DNA of 64,000 nucleotides. It comes from Patescibacteria group bacterium (GTDB taxonomy: Bacteria > Patescibacteriota > CPR2 > UBA1875). The notes under the pieces are model-generated. The model made no database searches, had not been told where the DNA came from, and worked only from the letters and a program-made list of their open reading frames with translations. Position 1 is the stretch's first letter. The number at the start of each line of letters is the position of its first letter. Positions 54,794 through 64,000 of this stretch are shown piece after piece. The translations under genes were made by a program, and so were the position numbers. The stretch is taken from contig JBGSRK010000009.1 of assembly GCA_041737595.1 (NCBI GenBank), positions 1-64,000 on the forward strand. The letters run 5' to 3'.

Positions 54794-56800
54794 TTATTGT
54801 TTCATTAAAGCAAATTGGCTGTTATAAAGAGATGCATAAAAGCCTTTTTTTGCTAATAATTCTTTGTGAGTGCCTTGTTCAACAACATCACCATTATTCA
54901 TAACTAAAATAAGATCTGCGTCGCGTATAGTTGAAAGACGGTGTGCTATAACAAAACTTGTTTTATTCTTCATTAAATTATCCATAGCTTTTTGAATAAG
55001 TACTTCTGTTCTAGTATCAACCGAGCTTGTGGCTTCATCAAGTATGAGCATGGGTGTTTTAGCAAGCATTGCTCTTGCAATCGTTAAGAGTTGTTTTTCA
55101 CCTTGAGATATATTATTTGCTTCTTCATTTAATTTCATATCATAACCATCAGGCAAAGAACAAACAAAATGATCAACATGAGCTTCTTTAGCTGTTTTAA
55201 TTATTTCTCTATCAGAAGCATTAGTATTGCCATAGGTAATATTATCTCGAATAGTACCATTAAAAAGCCAAGTGTCCTGGAGTACCATCCCAAAAAGTTT
55301 TCTAACATCAGAACGTCTCATATCTCTGATATCAACACCATCAATTTTTATAGAACCACTATTTATTTCATAGAATCGCATCAAAAGATTTACTAAAGTT
55401 GTTTTCCCGGCTCCAGTTGGACCAACTATTGCAATTCTGTGCCCCGGTTCGATTTTCACAGTAAGATTTTTAATTATTTTTGTATCTGGTTTATAGCCAA
55501 ATACTACATTATTAAATTCAATTTGACCCTTAATATTTGAAATAGTTACCGGTTTTTTTGTTTCTGAAGATTGTTCTTCTTCTGCTAAAAACTCAAAAAC
55601 CCTTTCAGCTGATGCTGCAGTTGATTGTAAAACATTTGCGATATTTGCTGTTTGAGCAATTGGTTGGTTAAACTGTTGAACATATTGAATAAATGCTTGG
55701 ATATCTCCGATTTGTATTTTGCCATTTATTGCTTGCCAACCTCCCACAACAGCAACCCCAACATAACCTAAATTTCCAACAAATGTCATCACCGGGAACA
55801 TTAAACCAGATAAAAACTGTGATTTCCAAGCACTATGATATAACTTATCATTTATCTTATTAAACTTATCAACAGATGACTTTTCACCATTAAAAACACG
55901 CATTACCATATGACCTGCATACATCTCTTCAATATGGCCATTAAGATCGCTAAGTTCTTTTTGTTGTTTTGTAAATTGAACTTGAGATTTTTTCATAATC
56001 AACATAATTAGAATAAAACTTAAAGGTAAAATTAAAAGAGTAACTAAGGTTAAAAGCCAGCTGATTGAAAGCATCATTACGATAATTCCAATAATCATTA
56101 CAAAAGAAGTAACAATTTGAGATAAACTTTGATTTAAAGTCTGGCTAACAGTATCTACATCATTTGTAACTCGGCTAAGAACTTCCCCATAAGTGATTTT
56201 ATCGAAATAGCTAAGTGGTAATCGATTAATTTTTTCAGAAATATCTTTTCGAAACTGATAAGTAACTTTTTGAGTTACTCCCGTCATAATCCAACCCTGT
56301 ATATAACTAAAAATTGCACTAAAAATATATAAAGCAAAAAGAAATAGAATAATATTTCTAGTACTCGTAAAATCAAATTTTGGGCGACTAGTTAAATCAA
56401 GAGATTTAATTTTATCAAGCTTATCCTGAGGGATTTGCTCCAACATTTTAGGAGGCATTTTCTGGATTAAATCAGCTACAGTTGTTCCAGCGGGAAGTTT
56501 CGTCCCAGCTGGAATTTTTTCAATAACCTGATCATATGCTTTAATATTTATATAATCATCAACTATTTGGTTTGTGACATTCCCTAAAATCTTTGGGCTA
56601 ACTATTGCAAATATTGTGCTCGCAATCGCAAAAATAAATACAAACATTATCTTAACCCAGTAAGGCTTAAGATAAACTGCAAGGCTTTTTAGCGTACCCA
56701 TAAAATCTTTTGCTTTTTCTTGTGCATTACCACCTAACATCGGAGGACCAAAATGTCTGCCTGGACGCGCTTGTGAAGTAGTTATTTTTTTTTCTTCCAT
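54794..56800 (-). CDS. Heterodimeric ABC exporter subunit (TM288-like)
   Basis: GPTGAGKT, degenerate ISQGEKQ, ILDEATS, AHRLST. Confidence 0.92.
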   Translation of the reverse strand: MEEKKITTSQARPGRHFGPPMLGGNAQEKAKDFMGTLKSLAVYLKPYWVKIMFVFIFAIASTIFAIVSPKILGNVTNQIVDDYINIKAYDQVIEKIPAGTKLPAGTTVADLIQKMPPKMLEQIPQDKLDKIKSLDLTSRPKFDFTSTRNIILFLFALYIFSAIFSYIQGWIMTGVTQKVTYQFRKDISEKINRLPLSYFDKITYGEVLSRVTNDVDTVSQTLNQSLSQIVTSFVMIIGIIVMMLSISWLLTLVTLLILPLSFILIMLIMKKSQVQFTKQQKELSDLNGHIEEMYAGHMVMRVFNGEKSSVDKFNKINDKLYHSAWKSQFLSGLMFPVMTFVGNLGYVGVAVVGGWQAINGKIQIGDIQAFIQYVQQFNQPIAQTANIANVLQSTAASAERVFEFLAEEEQSSETKKPVTISNIKGQIEFNNVVFGYKPDTKIIKNLTVKIEPGHRIAIVGPTGAGKTTLVNLLMRFYEINSGSIKIDGVDIRDMRRSDVRKLFGMVLQDTWLFNGTIRDNITYGNTNASDREIIKTAKEAHVDHFVCSLPDGYDMKLNEEANNISQGEKQLLTIARAMLAKTPMLILDEATSSVDTRTEVLIQKAMDNLMKNKTSFVIAHRLSTIRDADLILVMNNGDVVEQGTHKELLAKKGFYASLYNSQFALMKQ

Positions 56801-58575
56801 TATTTAACTCCCTCACTAATAACTTTAGTTGGATCTATTTCAATAGATTTCAATTCTTCATCAGAGAGTTGTGAATAAGCAATTTCTTTATAAACTTTAT
56901 TATTTTTAAGAAGTTCTTTATGTTTACCTTGACCGACAATTTTACCTTCATCTAAAACAATTATTTTATCTGCATTTGAAATTGTACTAATTCTTTGGCC
57001 AACAATAAGAACCGTTTTATTTTTAATTTCCTCTGAAAGAGCTTCTCTTAGTAGGGAATCAGTTTTAAAATCAAGCGCTGAAAATGAATCATCAAATATA
57101 TATATCTTTGGATCAACTGTAAGTGCTCTTGCAATTGATAACCTTTGCTTTTGTCCTCCTGAAACATTTGAACCACCTTGTGAAATTTTATTATCGTATT
57201 TATTTCCTAAGTTATTCACAAAATCACTTGCTTGTGCAATTTCTACAGATTTTTCTATTTTTGAATCTTTAGCATTTTTATTCCCATATTTAATATTACT
57301 TTTAATGGTTCCCGAAAAAAGTACACCCTTTTGTGGAACATAACCAATTTGTTTATATAAATCTTCTAGATTCATATCTCGAATATCCACACCATCAATT
57401 AATATCTGGCCAGATGAAACATCATAAAATCTTGGGATTAGATTTATAAGAGTTGATTTTCCGCTACCAGTACTACCTATAAATGCAGTTGTTTGGCCTA
57501 TCTCAGCAGTAAAATTAATCCCCATAATAACTGGTAAATCCGCGCCAGGATAACTAAATGTAACATCTTTAAATTCGATTCGTCCCTTACTTTTTTTATC
57601 TATCTTAATAGGTTTTTTAGGATTTTTTATTGTCGATTCTGTTTCAATTACTTCTGATATTCTGTTTGCAGAAACTGAGGCACGTGGGATCATAATAAAC
57701 ACAATTGATATCATTAAAAATGACATAATCACTTGTATTGCATATTGCATGAAAGCAAGCATATTACCTATTTCTAAATTACCGGCATCAATTAAATGAG
57801 CTCCAAACCAAACAATAGCAACTATTGCAAGATTCATAATAAGCATCATGGCTGGCTGTAAAATAACCATTAATCTATTAACAAATAAATTTAAATTTGT
57901 TAGATCTACATTTGCTTTTTCAAATTTTTCTTCTTCTTTAGCTTCATTATTAAATGCACGAACCACTCTTAGCCCAGTCAAATTTTCTCGAGTTACTAAG
58001 TTTAATCTATCAACCATTTTTTGAAGAAGCTTAAATTTAGGGATACCAATTGAAAAAAGAACAATAATCATTACCATTAATGATGTTGCGGCAACAGCAA
58101 TAATCCAGCTCATTGATGGGGCCATATTAATAGCTTTTTGTAGTGCGCCTACAGCCATAAATGGTGCCATTAATACCATCCTAAATATCATGATCATAGC
58201 CATTTGAATCTGTTGAACATCATTTGTAGAGCGTGTTATTAAAGATGCAGTTGAAAATTTATTAAATTCATTTATAGAAAAACCCTCTACTTTTGTAAAA
58301 ACCTTTTTTCTGATATCACGAGAAGCACCTGTTGCAATCTTTGAGGCAAGATAACCTACAATGACAGCACAAATACCTCCACCTAAAGTCACAAGTAGCA
58401 TTAACCCACCATTTTGATAAATTGCATTTATATCTTTTAAGAGGATGCCTTTATTAATAATATTTGCGATATAGTCCGGAAGTTTAAGATTTGCCATTAC
58501 TTGGAGGTAAGTAAAAAAAACTAAAACTACCATTAGCCATGTGTAGGGTTTAAAGAATTTTAGTAATTTTTTCAT
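56800..58575 (-). CDS. Heterodimeric ABC exporter subunit (TM287-like)
   Basis: GSTGSGKS, VSGGQKQR, degenerate FDDSFS and GQRIS. Confidence 0.92.
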   Translation of the reverse strand: MKKLLKFFKPYTWLMVVLVFFTYLQVMANLKLPDYIANIINKGILLKDINAIYQNGGLMLLVTLGGGICAVIVGYLASKIATGASRDIRKKVFTKVEGFSINEFNKFSTASLITRSTNDVQQIQMAMIMIFRMVLMAPFMAVGALQKAINMAPSMSWIIAVAATSLMVMIIVLFSIGIPKFKLLQKMVDRLNLVTRENLTGLRVVRAFNNEAKEEEKFEKANVDLTNLNLFVNRLMVILQPAMMLIMNLAIVAIVWFGAHLIDAGNLEIGNMLAFMQYAIQVIMSFLMISIVFIMIPRASVSANRISEVIETESTIKNPKKPIKIDKKSKGRIEFKDVTFSYPGADLPVIMGINFTAEIGQTTAFIGSTGSGKSTLINLIPRFYDVSSGQILIDGVDIRDMNLEDLYKQIGYVPQKGVLFSGTIKSNIKYGNKNAKDSKIEKSVEIAQASDFVNNLGNKYDNKISQGGSNVSGGQKQRLSIARALTVDPKIYIFDDSFSALDFKTDSLLREALSEEIKNKTVLIVGQRISTISNADKIIVLDEGKIVGQGKHKELLKNNKVYKEIAYSQLSDEELKSIEIDPTKVISEGVK

Positions 58576-59015
58576 CTATTATTTTCTTTAATTTTCTTAA
58601 GTAGTTTTGTTGTAATAATATTAAGCTGTTTAATTTCAGTTTCCGATAAAATTTCAAAAAAAGTAAAAATTTTATCAAAAGCTTTTTTTCTCGTGTTTTC
58701 TAAATATTTAACACCTTTATTTGAAGGTTTTATTCTAAAAATCCTTCTGTCAATATCATCAACTTCTCTTATAACAAACTTATTTTTGATTAAACCATCA
58801 ATTAACTGTGTTGCGGCACTTTTTGTAACCCCAAGCATATTAGCAATTTCAGTAACATTCATTTCTTTTTTATTTTTCAGCATAAATAAAACCATTGCCT
58901 GAGTAACAGTCATGCCGAAATTATTATTCATACACTGTTTTTCAAAAGCAATCATTCTTTTTATAGCATGAAAGTTTTTAAATATTTTTTCGATTTGTAT
59001 ATTTCTTTTATTCAA
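58572..59015 (-). CDS. MarR family transcriptional regulator
   Basis: VTEIANMLGVTKSAATQLIDGL, DRR wing; TTG start. Confidence 0.9.
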   Translation of the reverse strand: MNKRNIQIEKIFKNFHAIKRMIAFEKQCMNNNFGMTVTQAMVLFMLKNKKEMNVTEIANMLGVTKSAATQLIDGLIKNKFVIREVDDIDRRIFRIKPSNKGVKYLENTRKKAFDKIFTFFEILSETEIKQLNIITTKLLKKIKENNR

Positions 59016-59024
59016 ATTCTACCT

Positions 59025-59070
59025 TAGTTAAGTACCTAAATAGTTTAGTATCTTAACCTTTATTTGTCAA
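59025..59070 (-). promoter_or_regulatory. marR-ABC promoter with tandem palindromic operator
   Basis: TTGACA (59070-59065), 17 bp, TAAACT (59047-59042); overlapping tagttaagtacctaaata and tagtttagtatcttaacc. Confidence 0.65.
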
Positions 59071-59107
59071 TAATAAATTTTAGGTTAGTTTTAACCTTTA
59101 CCTAAAT

Positions 59108-59920
59108 TTATTTAGATAAAAGTGATTTCATCTGTTTTGCTATAAGATTTGTTGCAAAAACAGGGTTCAGGCGATAAAGCATATTCATAAATTTCGAATC
59201 TTTACCGGTAAATATTTGAAATTTATTTTTTTCTATACCATCTAAAATTATTTTTGCTGCCTCACTGGCAGGGAGCATTGGAATATTTTGTTCTTTTGAA
59301 TTTGTTTTTGGTGTTTCTGGCATTCCAACCCCTGAATTTTTTGAAATATTAGTTTCAGTTGCACCCGGGAAAACGACTGAAACTCGAACATTTGTATCTT
59401 TTAGCTCTGCATATAACCCTTCAGTCAAAAGTTTTACGGCAGCTTTTGATGCTCCATAGACACTCTGCCCAGGAACTGGGAGGAAGCCACCCATACTAGA
59501 AATATTAACTATATGAGCCTCTGGTCTTTTTAATAGTTTTGGCAAAAATGCTTTTACCATATATAGTGTGCCATAAAAATTAACATTCATTACTCTTTCA
59601 ATCGCTTCAAAATCAAGATCGTTAACTTTTAAAAATGGCTGAATAATCCCTGCACAGTTAACTATTCCATCTATACTACCTTGTTTTTTTATAACATCTT
59701 CTGGTAAATCAAAAACGGCCTTTTTATCTGAAATGTTTATAACATGAATTGAAATATCTTTAGCCTTTTCGCCTGCTAATTTTTTTAATTCTATTAAAGA
59801 TTCTTCTCGAAGATCAACCGCAGCTACTTTTGCTCCTTTTGATATCAAAGCTAATGTTATCTCTCTTCCGATACCACTTCCAGCACCTGTTACAAGAATT
59901 GTTTTATTTTGTATATTCAT
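59108..59920 (-). CDS. SDR family oxidoreductase
   Basis: TGAGSGIG, NCAG, NISS, YGASK. Confidence 0.93.
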   Translation of the reverse strand: MNIQNKTILVTGAGSGIGREITLALISKGAKVAAVDLREESLIELKKLAGEKAKDISIHVINISDKKAVFDLPEDVIKKQGSIDGIVNCAGIIQPFLKVNDLDFEAIERVMNVNFYGTLYMVKAFLPKLLKRPEAHIVNISSMGGFLPVPGQSVYGASKAAVKLLTEGLYAELKDTNVRVSVVFPGATETNISKNSGVGMPETPKTNSKEQNIPMLPASEAAKIILDGIEKNKFQIFTGKDSKFMNMLYRLNPVFATNLIAKQMKSLLSK

Positions 59921-60023
59921 AAGATTAGTTTATCATTTTACTCAATTAATATAAATAAGCTAAACATAGACAGTTAATTTATTATCCTCTATTTAAAAAT
60001 AGTAATAAAATCACAAAATATAC

Positions 60024-61064
60024 TTAATATTCTAAATAAATCTTTTTTTGAGAAGTAAGAACGCGAGCTTTTTTACCAAGTGGGAGTGAAATTTGAGGGT
60101 CTGTGTGACCAAAATCAAGATTTTGAACAATCGGTATACTTTTATTATATTCTCTTACTACTCTTATTATTGTTTCTCTTTGTTCTTTTCGATAATTAGC
60201 TTTTTCGACCGTGCTAAGTTTTTTCCCAAAATCCCACGCCTTAGGACGACCAATTAAAATTGCCTTAAATTTTTCTAAAAATCCCCGTTCTCCAAAACCG
60301 GTAAGAAGATACTCTATAACCCAATGTTCTGGGATGTCTTCTGCAGTTTCAAGAACAAGAATAGTTCCATCTAAATCATTATCATTTGGTAAATATTTGT
60401 TTGTTGTAGTTTGGACAATAAGACTCTCGACACATCCGCCCCACAAAATACCTTCTGCGTTTAAGTTCCCGTCCCAATAAAGACCATCATTTTTTTCAAT
60501 TTCCCTAGTCTTTAAAAGATTTCCCCTATCTGACCAGTCAAGCCCAATATCGTTATAATTATCAGAAACCGTAAGCTCATATTCACCAACATCAAAAAGT
60601 GCATGCTTTAAGAAATTGATAGTTTCACGGTCCATTTCTCCTTGCATCGCGAACTGAGTCATAATTGCACCACCATAATAGGTAGGGATGCCAAGATTCC
60701 ATAAATAATTATGAAGATGAGTGTTATCGCTAAAACCAAAAAATGGTTTTTTATTTGCTATTAATATTTTTGGATCAAGATATTTTAATAATTTAATTTG
60801 GTCATTACCTCCAATTGATGTAAAAACTGCTTTATTATTTGGGTCAGAAAAAGCATCCATAATATCACGCGCCCTATCTTTTAAAGAAGACCCCATTAAT
60901 CTAGTGGTTGGATATTCTTTCGGCACAAGACCAAAAACATCTCTTAATCTTTCTAGCCCAAGGTCAAAAACCCATGGGAAAATTCCAGGTAGTCCAGCAG
61001 ACGGAGATATAACAGCAACTTGGTCACCCTTTTTTAGTTTTGGTAATGTAATAAATCTTTTCAT
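60024..61064 (-). CDS. S66 family peptidase (LD-carboxypeptidase/MccF-like)
   Basis: VAVISPS, IGGND, GFSDNT, WGGC, LETAE, DFGHTDP. Confidence 0.9.
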   Translation of the reverse strand: MKRFITLPKLKKGDQVAVISPSAGLPGIFPWVFDLGLERLRDVFGLVPKEYPTTRLMGSSLKDRARDIMDAFSDPNNKAVFTSIGGNDQIKLLKYLDPKILIANKKPFFGFSDNTHLHNYLWNLGIPTYYGGAIMTQFAMQGEMDRETINFLKHALFDVGEYELTVSDNYNDIGLDWSDRGNLLKTREIEKNDGLYWDGNLNAEGILWGGCVESLIVQTTTNKYLPNDNDLDGTILVLETAEDIPEHWVIEYLLTGFGERGFLEKFKAILIGRPKAWDFGKKLSTVEKANYRKEQRETIIRVVREYNKSIPIVQNLDFGHTDPQISLPLGKKARVLTSQKKIYLEY

Positions 61065-61089
61065 ATTAAAATTTTATCATAAAAGATAA

Positions 61090-61266
61090 TTAATCTTCAT
61101 CTTCATTCTCAATATCTTCTTCAAAGTTATTTCCATCCTCTTCGGGCAAATAATCTGGATCTAAACTTTTGTTTTTTTTAGAAATTTTTTCTGCTTCTTC
61201 TGCATCTTTTAGCCTGCTTCTAAATTCGCCATAACTATCAACCCCTGGTAAAAATTCCCGGCTCAT
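61090..61266 (-). CDS. Small acidic hypothetical protein (58 aa)
   Basis: AAGGAGG RBS then MSREFLPGVDSYGEF...EDED. Confidence 0.6.
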   Translation of the reverse strand: MSREFLPGVDSYGEFRSRLKDAEEAEKISKKNKSLDPDYLPEEDGNNFEEDIENEDED

Positions 61267-61279
61267 AATAAATGCCTCC

Positions 61280-62017
61280 TTATTTAACTTTATGGTTTTT
61301 AGAATTATGTTGGTCAAGTTTTTCGTAGAGAGGAACAATCTTAAGTGCAAGAATAAACGCAAATATCAATGCAAACCCACACATAATTGATGCGACACCA
61401 ATTCTTGAATTCACTATAAATAAATAAACAAGAGTTAAGGGAACGATAAATGAAAGATATCCAACAATGAACCAAAATAGAATCTTTCTTAAAATTTTAT
61501 TTGTACCATCTTCCTTTAAGCGTTGGAATGATTCCCACATTGCAAAAAGTAAAAATCCAAAATAATAAAAGCCGTAAAATTTAAATAAAGTTTCCGGTCC
61601 ATTAAATATTACATAATTTCCTCCGCAAGCCGCACCATCAATTGCTTTTGGAACAAAAATAAAATAAAGGCCAAATCCTATAGAAAGAATATACCCTAAA
61701 TATAAAAGCCAGGTTTTTTTATTTATTAAAGAAATAAGATATAAACCTAATATTGGTAATATAGTGATAGAAAAAAGGCCTACCTTTGACCATAAAAGAG
61801 GGTTAGAGCCCGAACAAATTTGAAATTCAGAAATTTGGAAAAAGGCTAAAAAAATTAAGGTATAAATCGCCCCACGGCCGAATTTAGTAGATCTGGCTTT
61901 TAAAAAAGTCCATGCTGCAAGAATTATTTCTGCCGAAAAAGTAAAAAACATTACTTCTGGGGTAAAACAATATAGTTTCAAATAATTATTTTTTTTGTTT
62001 TTAATATTTCTTAACAT
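61280..62017 (-). CDS. Hypothetical 7-TM membrane protein
   Basis: About seven hydrophobic segments; CFTPEVM, FQISEFQIC, CGGNY, SIMCGFA. Confidence 0.65.
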   Translation of the reverse strand: MLRNIKNKKNNYLKLYCFTPEVMFFTFSAEIILAAWTFLKARSTKFGRGAIYTLIFLAFFQISEFQICSGSNPLLWSKVGLFSITILPILGLYLISLINKKTWLLYLGYILSIGFGLYFIFVPKAIDGAACGGNYVIFNGPETLFKFYGFYYFGFLLFAMWESFQRLKEDGTNKILRKILFWFIVGYLSFIVPLTLVYLFIVNSRIGVASIMCGFALIFAFILALKIVPLYEKLDQHNSKNHKVK

Positions 62018-62023
62018 TTATAA

Positions 62024-63421
62024 TTATTTATTTTTGTCTTTTGTTAATTTCACACCAGCTTCCTTTAAAAGAACATCGGGTAGTGAGGTTGGTGCTCCCG
62101 TCATAGGGTCTTTAGCATCTCCTGTTTTAGGGAATGCAATTACTTCTCGTATATTTGGCTCTTCCAAAAGAATTGAAAGTATTCTATCAATACCTAGAGC
62201 GATCCCGCCATGTGGGGGTGGAGAAAATTTAAATGCTTTAAGCAAGTGCCCGAATCGTTCTGACATTTCATTTTTAGGGACTCCCAAAACTTCGAATATC
62301 TTTTTTTGTAATTCTTCCTCATGGATTCTAATGCTTCCGCCGCCAATTTCAAATCCGTTTAAAACAAGGTCATAAGCTGATGCCCTAACCTTAGCTGGTT
62401 CTTTTTCTAAAAGTTTCATATCACTATCTTTGGGTCTAGTAAATGGGTGATGAGATGAAGTTAAACCATTTGAATTTTCTGTTTTTTCGAAAAGTGGAAA
62501 ATCGACGACCCATGCAAATGCTAGTTCATTTTGGTCCTTTTTGTTCTTTCTAAGATCGGGCTTATCAGTTTTGTATTTTTTTATCGATTCTGAATAGTCA
62601 ATCCTTGGAAATGGTTTTCCCGTAATTTTCTTTTCAGGGAAAAGCTTTGTTACAAGTTCAATAATCATCTGCTCTGTTAAAGATAAAACATCTTCTTCTT
62701 CAACAAATGACATTTCAATATCAAGTTGTGTAAATTCAGGTTGACGGTCACCCCTTTGATCTTCATCTCTAAAACAACGCGCTATCTGGAAATACTTTTC
62801 AAAACCAGCCACCATTAAAAGTTGTTTATATTGTTGAGGGGATTGGGGTAAAACAAAGAATGAACCTTTACTTAAACGAGAAGGAACAATAAATTCTCTG
62901 GCCCCCTCCGGTGTCCCCTTGGTTAAAATAGGTGTCTCTATTTCTAAAAAAGATTTTTCAGAAAGATAATTTCTTAAAAAAAGATTAAATTCATGACGTG
63001 TCTTAATATTTCGAGCCATTCTAGGTGTTCTAAGATCTAAATAACGATATTTAAATCGAGTTTCTTCATTCACATTACTTGTTGATTTATTAATTTCAAA
63101 AGGCGGGACCTCACAACTAGAAACTAGAGAGATGGATTCTGAAGCTAATTCTAAGTTGCCATTTTTTAGTTCTGGATTCACAAGTTTATCTGGTCTTTTT
63201 TTAACTTTACCTGTAATTGAAACTAAAAATTCTTCTCTGAAACTTTTTACCTGCTCTAAAAGATCTTTATTAAAAATAACAACCTGCACTACCCCAGATG
63301 TGTCGCGAACATCCCAAAAAACAACTTTGCCGTGATCCCGAGAATTTTCAATCCATCCAGTGATAGTCACTTCTTGATCTATTTTATCTGAAATTTTTTC
63401 AATCATTTCTCTCTTAGCCAT
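62024..63421 (-). CDS. aspS: Aspartate--tRNA ligase, compact form
   Basis: OB fold, RYLDLR, PEGAREF, LPQSPQQYKQ, CFRDED, GGGSIR, PPHGGIALGIDR. Confidence 0.96.
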   Translation of the reverse strand: MAKREMIEKISDKIDQEVTITGWIENSRDHGKVVFWDVRDTSGVVQVVIFNKDLLEQVKSFREEFLVSITGKVKKRPDKLVNPELKNGNLELASESISLVSSCEVPPFEINKSTSNVNEETRFKYRYLDLRTPRMARNIKTRHEFNLFLRNYLSEKSFLEIETPILTKGTPEGAREFIVPSRLSKGSFFVLPQSPQQYKQLLMVAGFEKYFQIARCFRDEDQRGDRQPEFTQLDIEMSFVEEEDVLSLTEQMIIELVTKLFPEKKITGKPFPRIDYSESIKKYKTDKPDLRKNKKDQNELAFAWVVDFPLFEKTENSNGLTSSHHPFTRPKDSDMKLLEKEPAKVRASAYDLVLNGFEIGGGSIRIHEEELQKKIFEVLGVPKNEMSERFGHLLKAFKFSPPPHGGIALGIDRILSILLEEPNIREVIAFPKTGDAKDPMTGAPTSLPDVLLKEAGVKLTKDKNK

Positions 63422-63525
63422 TTTTTACCTAACTTTTTTATTTATTATTAAAATAACGTAATTTAACCCTCATTATAATACTAAAAGCTTGGGCTTCCAA
63501 GTGTTACTAACTTTTTAAATAGATT

Positions 63526-64000
63526 TTATTTTAGGTTTTTTGGTTTTAAATTATAATCATTACGAATGTCTCGTTGCTTACCATCTATCTCTACTGTTGC
63601 CATTACAGGATCTTCAATTCCAATAGCGTATGCGAGTTTAACGAGTACTTCTTGAGCTTTTTCTTTCTTAAGTATTTCAAGAGCTATTTCCCTAGCTTTT
63701 TTGGCACCTGATCTATCTACCTTTGTGTAATCTTTACCAGAAAAAGCGCCGCCGCCAACAGGTATTTCTGGACCATAGGCGTCAACAACTATTTTTCTTC
63801 CCGTTAAACCTGTATCAGCTTCAAATCCACCAACCGTAAATTCACCAGTTGGGTTAATAAGAATGTTTTTTGGTTTATATCTTTTTGCTAAATCATATAA
63901 AGGGGTTAAATCTTGGCCTTTTTTATGTTGTGCTGAGATAACAATGGTTTCTACTTCATTTTTTTTATTAATTGTAACTTGGCTCTTTGCGTCTGGACCG
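63526..64000 (-). CDS. metK: S-adenosylmethionine synthetase, 3' part (5' end beyond the window)
   Basis: Manual translation GPDAKSQVT...SAQH...INPTGEFTVGGFEADTGLTGRKIVVDAYG...GGGAFSGKDYTKVDRS...AYAIG...KPKNLK*. Confidence 0.92.
   Translation of the reverse strand, partial: GPDAKSQVTINKKNEVETIVISAQHKKGQDLTPLYDLAKRYKPKNILINPTGEFTVGGFEADTGLTGRKIVVDAYGPEIPVGGGAFSGKDYTKVDRSGAKKAREIALEILKKEKAQEVLVKLAYAIGIEDPVMATVEIDGKQRDIRNDYNLKPKNLK

Noticed and set aside
1053-63335. Many short antisense or overlapping ORFs in the track (e.g. 1053-1505, 12860-13297, 17577-18026, 29694-30209, 51503-51859, 61995-62375)
   Set aside because: They are shadows of well-supported genes on the other strand or frame, with no motifs or initiation signals.

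Overview
AT-rich, gene-dense bacterial chromosome segment with most genes on the minus strand. The gene set and compact variants (short AspRS without the GAD insertion, C-terminally short MetK, single Xer, DUF3048, CarS-like gene, large type IV pilus locus) suggest a CPR/Patescibacteria genome; this is inference. It contains comM/yifB, a type IV pilus cluster (pilM/N/O/B/T/C, major and minor pilins, pilD), translation genes (rplY, efp, rpsR-ssb-rpsF, rpsT, ychF, tlyA, truB, aspS, tRNA-Arg-CCT), rnj, recX, udg, a partial purine pathway (purL/Q/M plus a GC-rich purC), ABC exporters with MarR, and metK. Most notable observations: (1) an ORF missing from the ORF track, <1..1029 (-), in which a RAYT-like HUH/Y1 transposase carries two in-frame coding palindromes and reads without a stop into FN3-like surface-protein repeats; (2) a standalone GIY-YIG nuclease nested in a 75-bp-period array of GTCAT...ATGAC palindromic repeats, with related elements inserted in frame in ychF, truB and pilD; (3) a diverged duplicate of the first 14 ychF codons forming a leader ORF; (4) a symmetric dif-like 11-6-11 site directly upstream of the Xer gene; (5) an HTH-Nramp fusion; (6) a 21-aa hydrophobic small gene with its own promoter, RBS and terminator; (7) apparent ATA/ATT starts, one in-frame TGA and many probable leaderless promoters.
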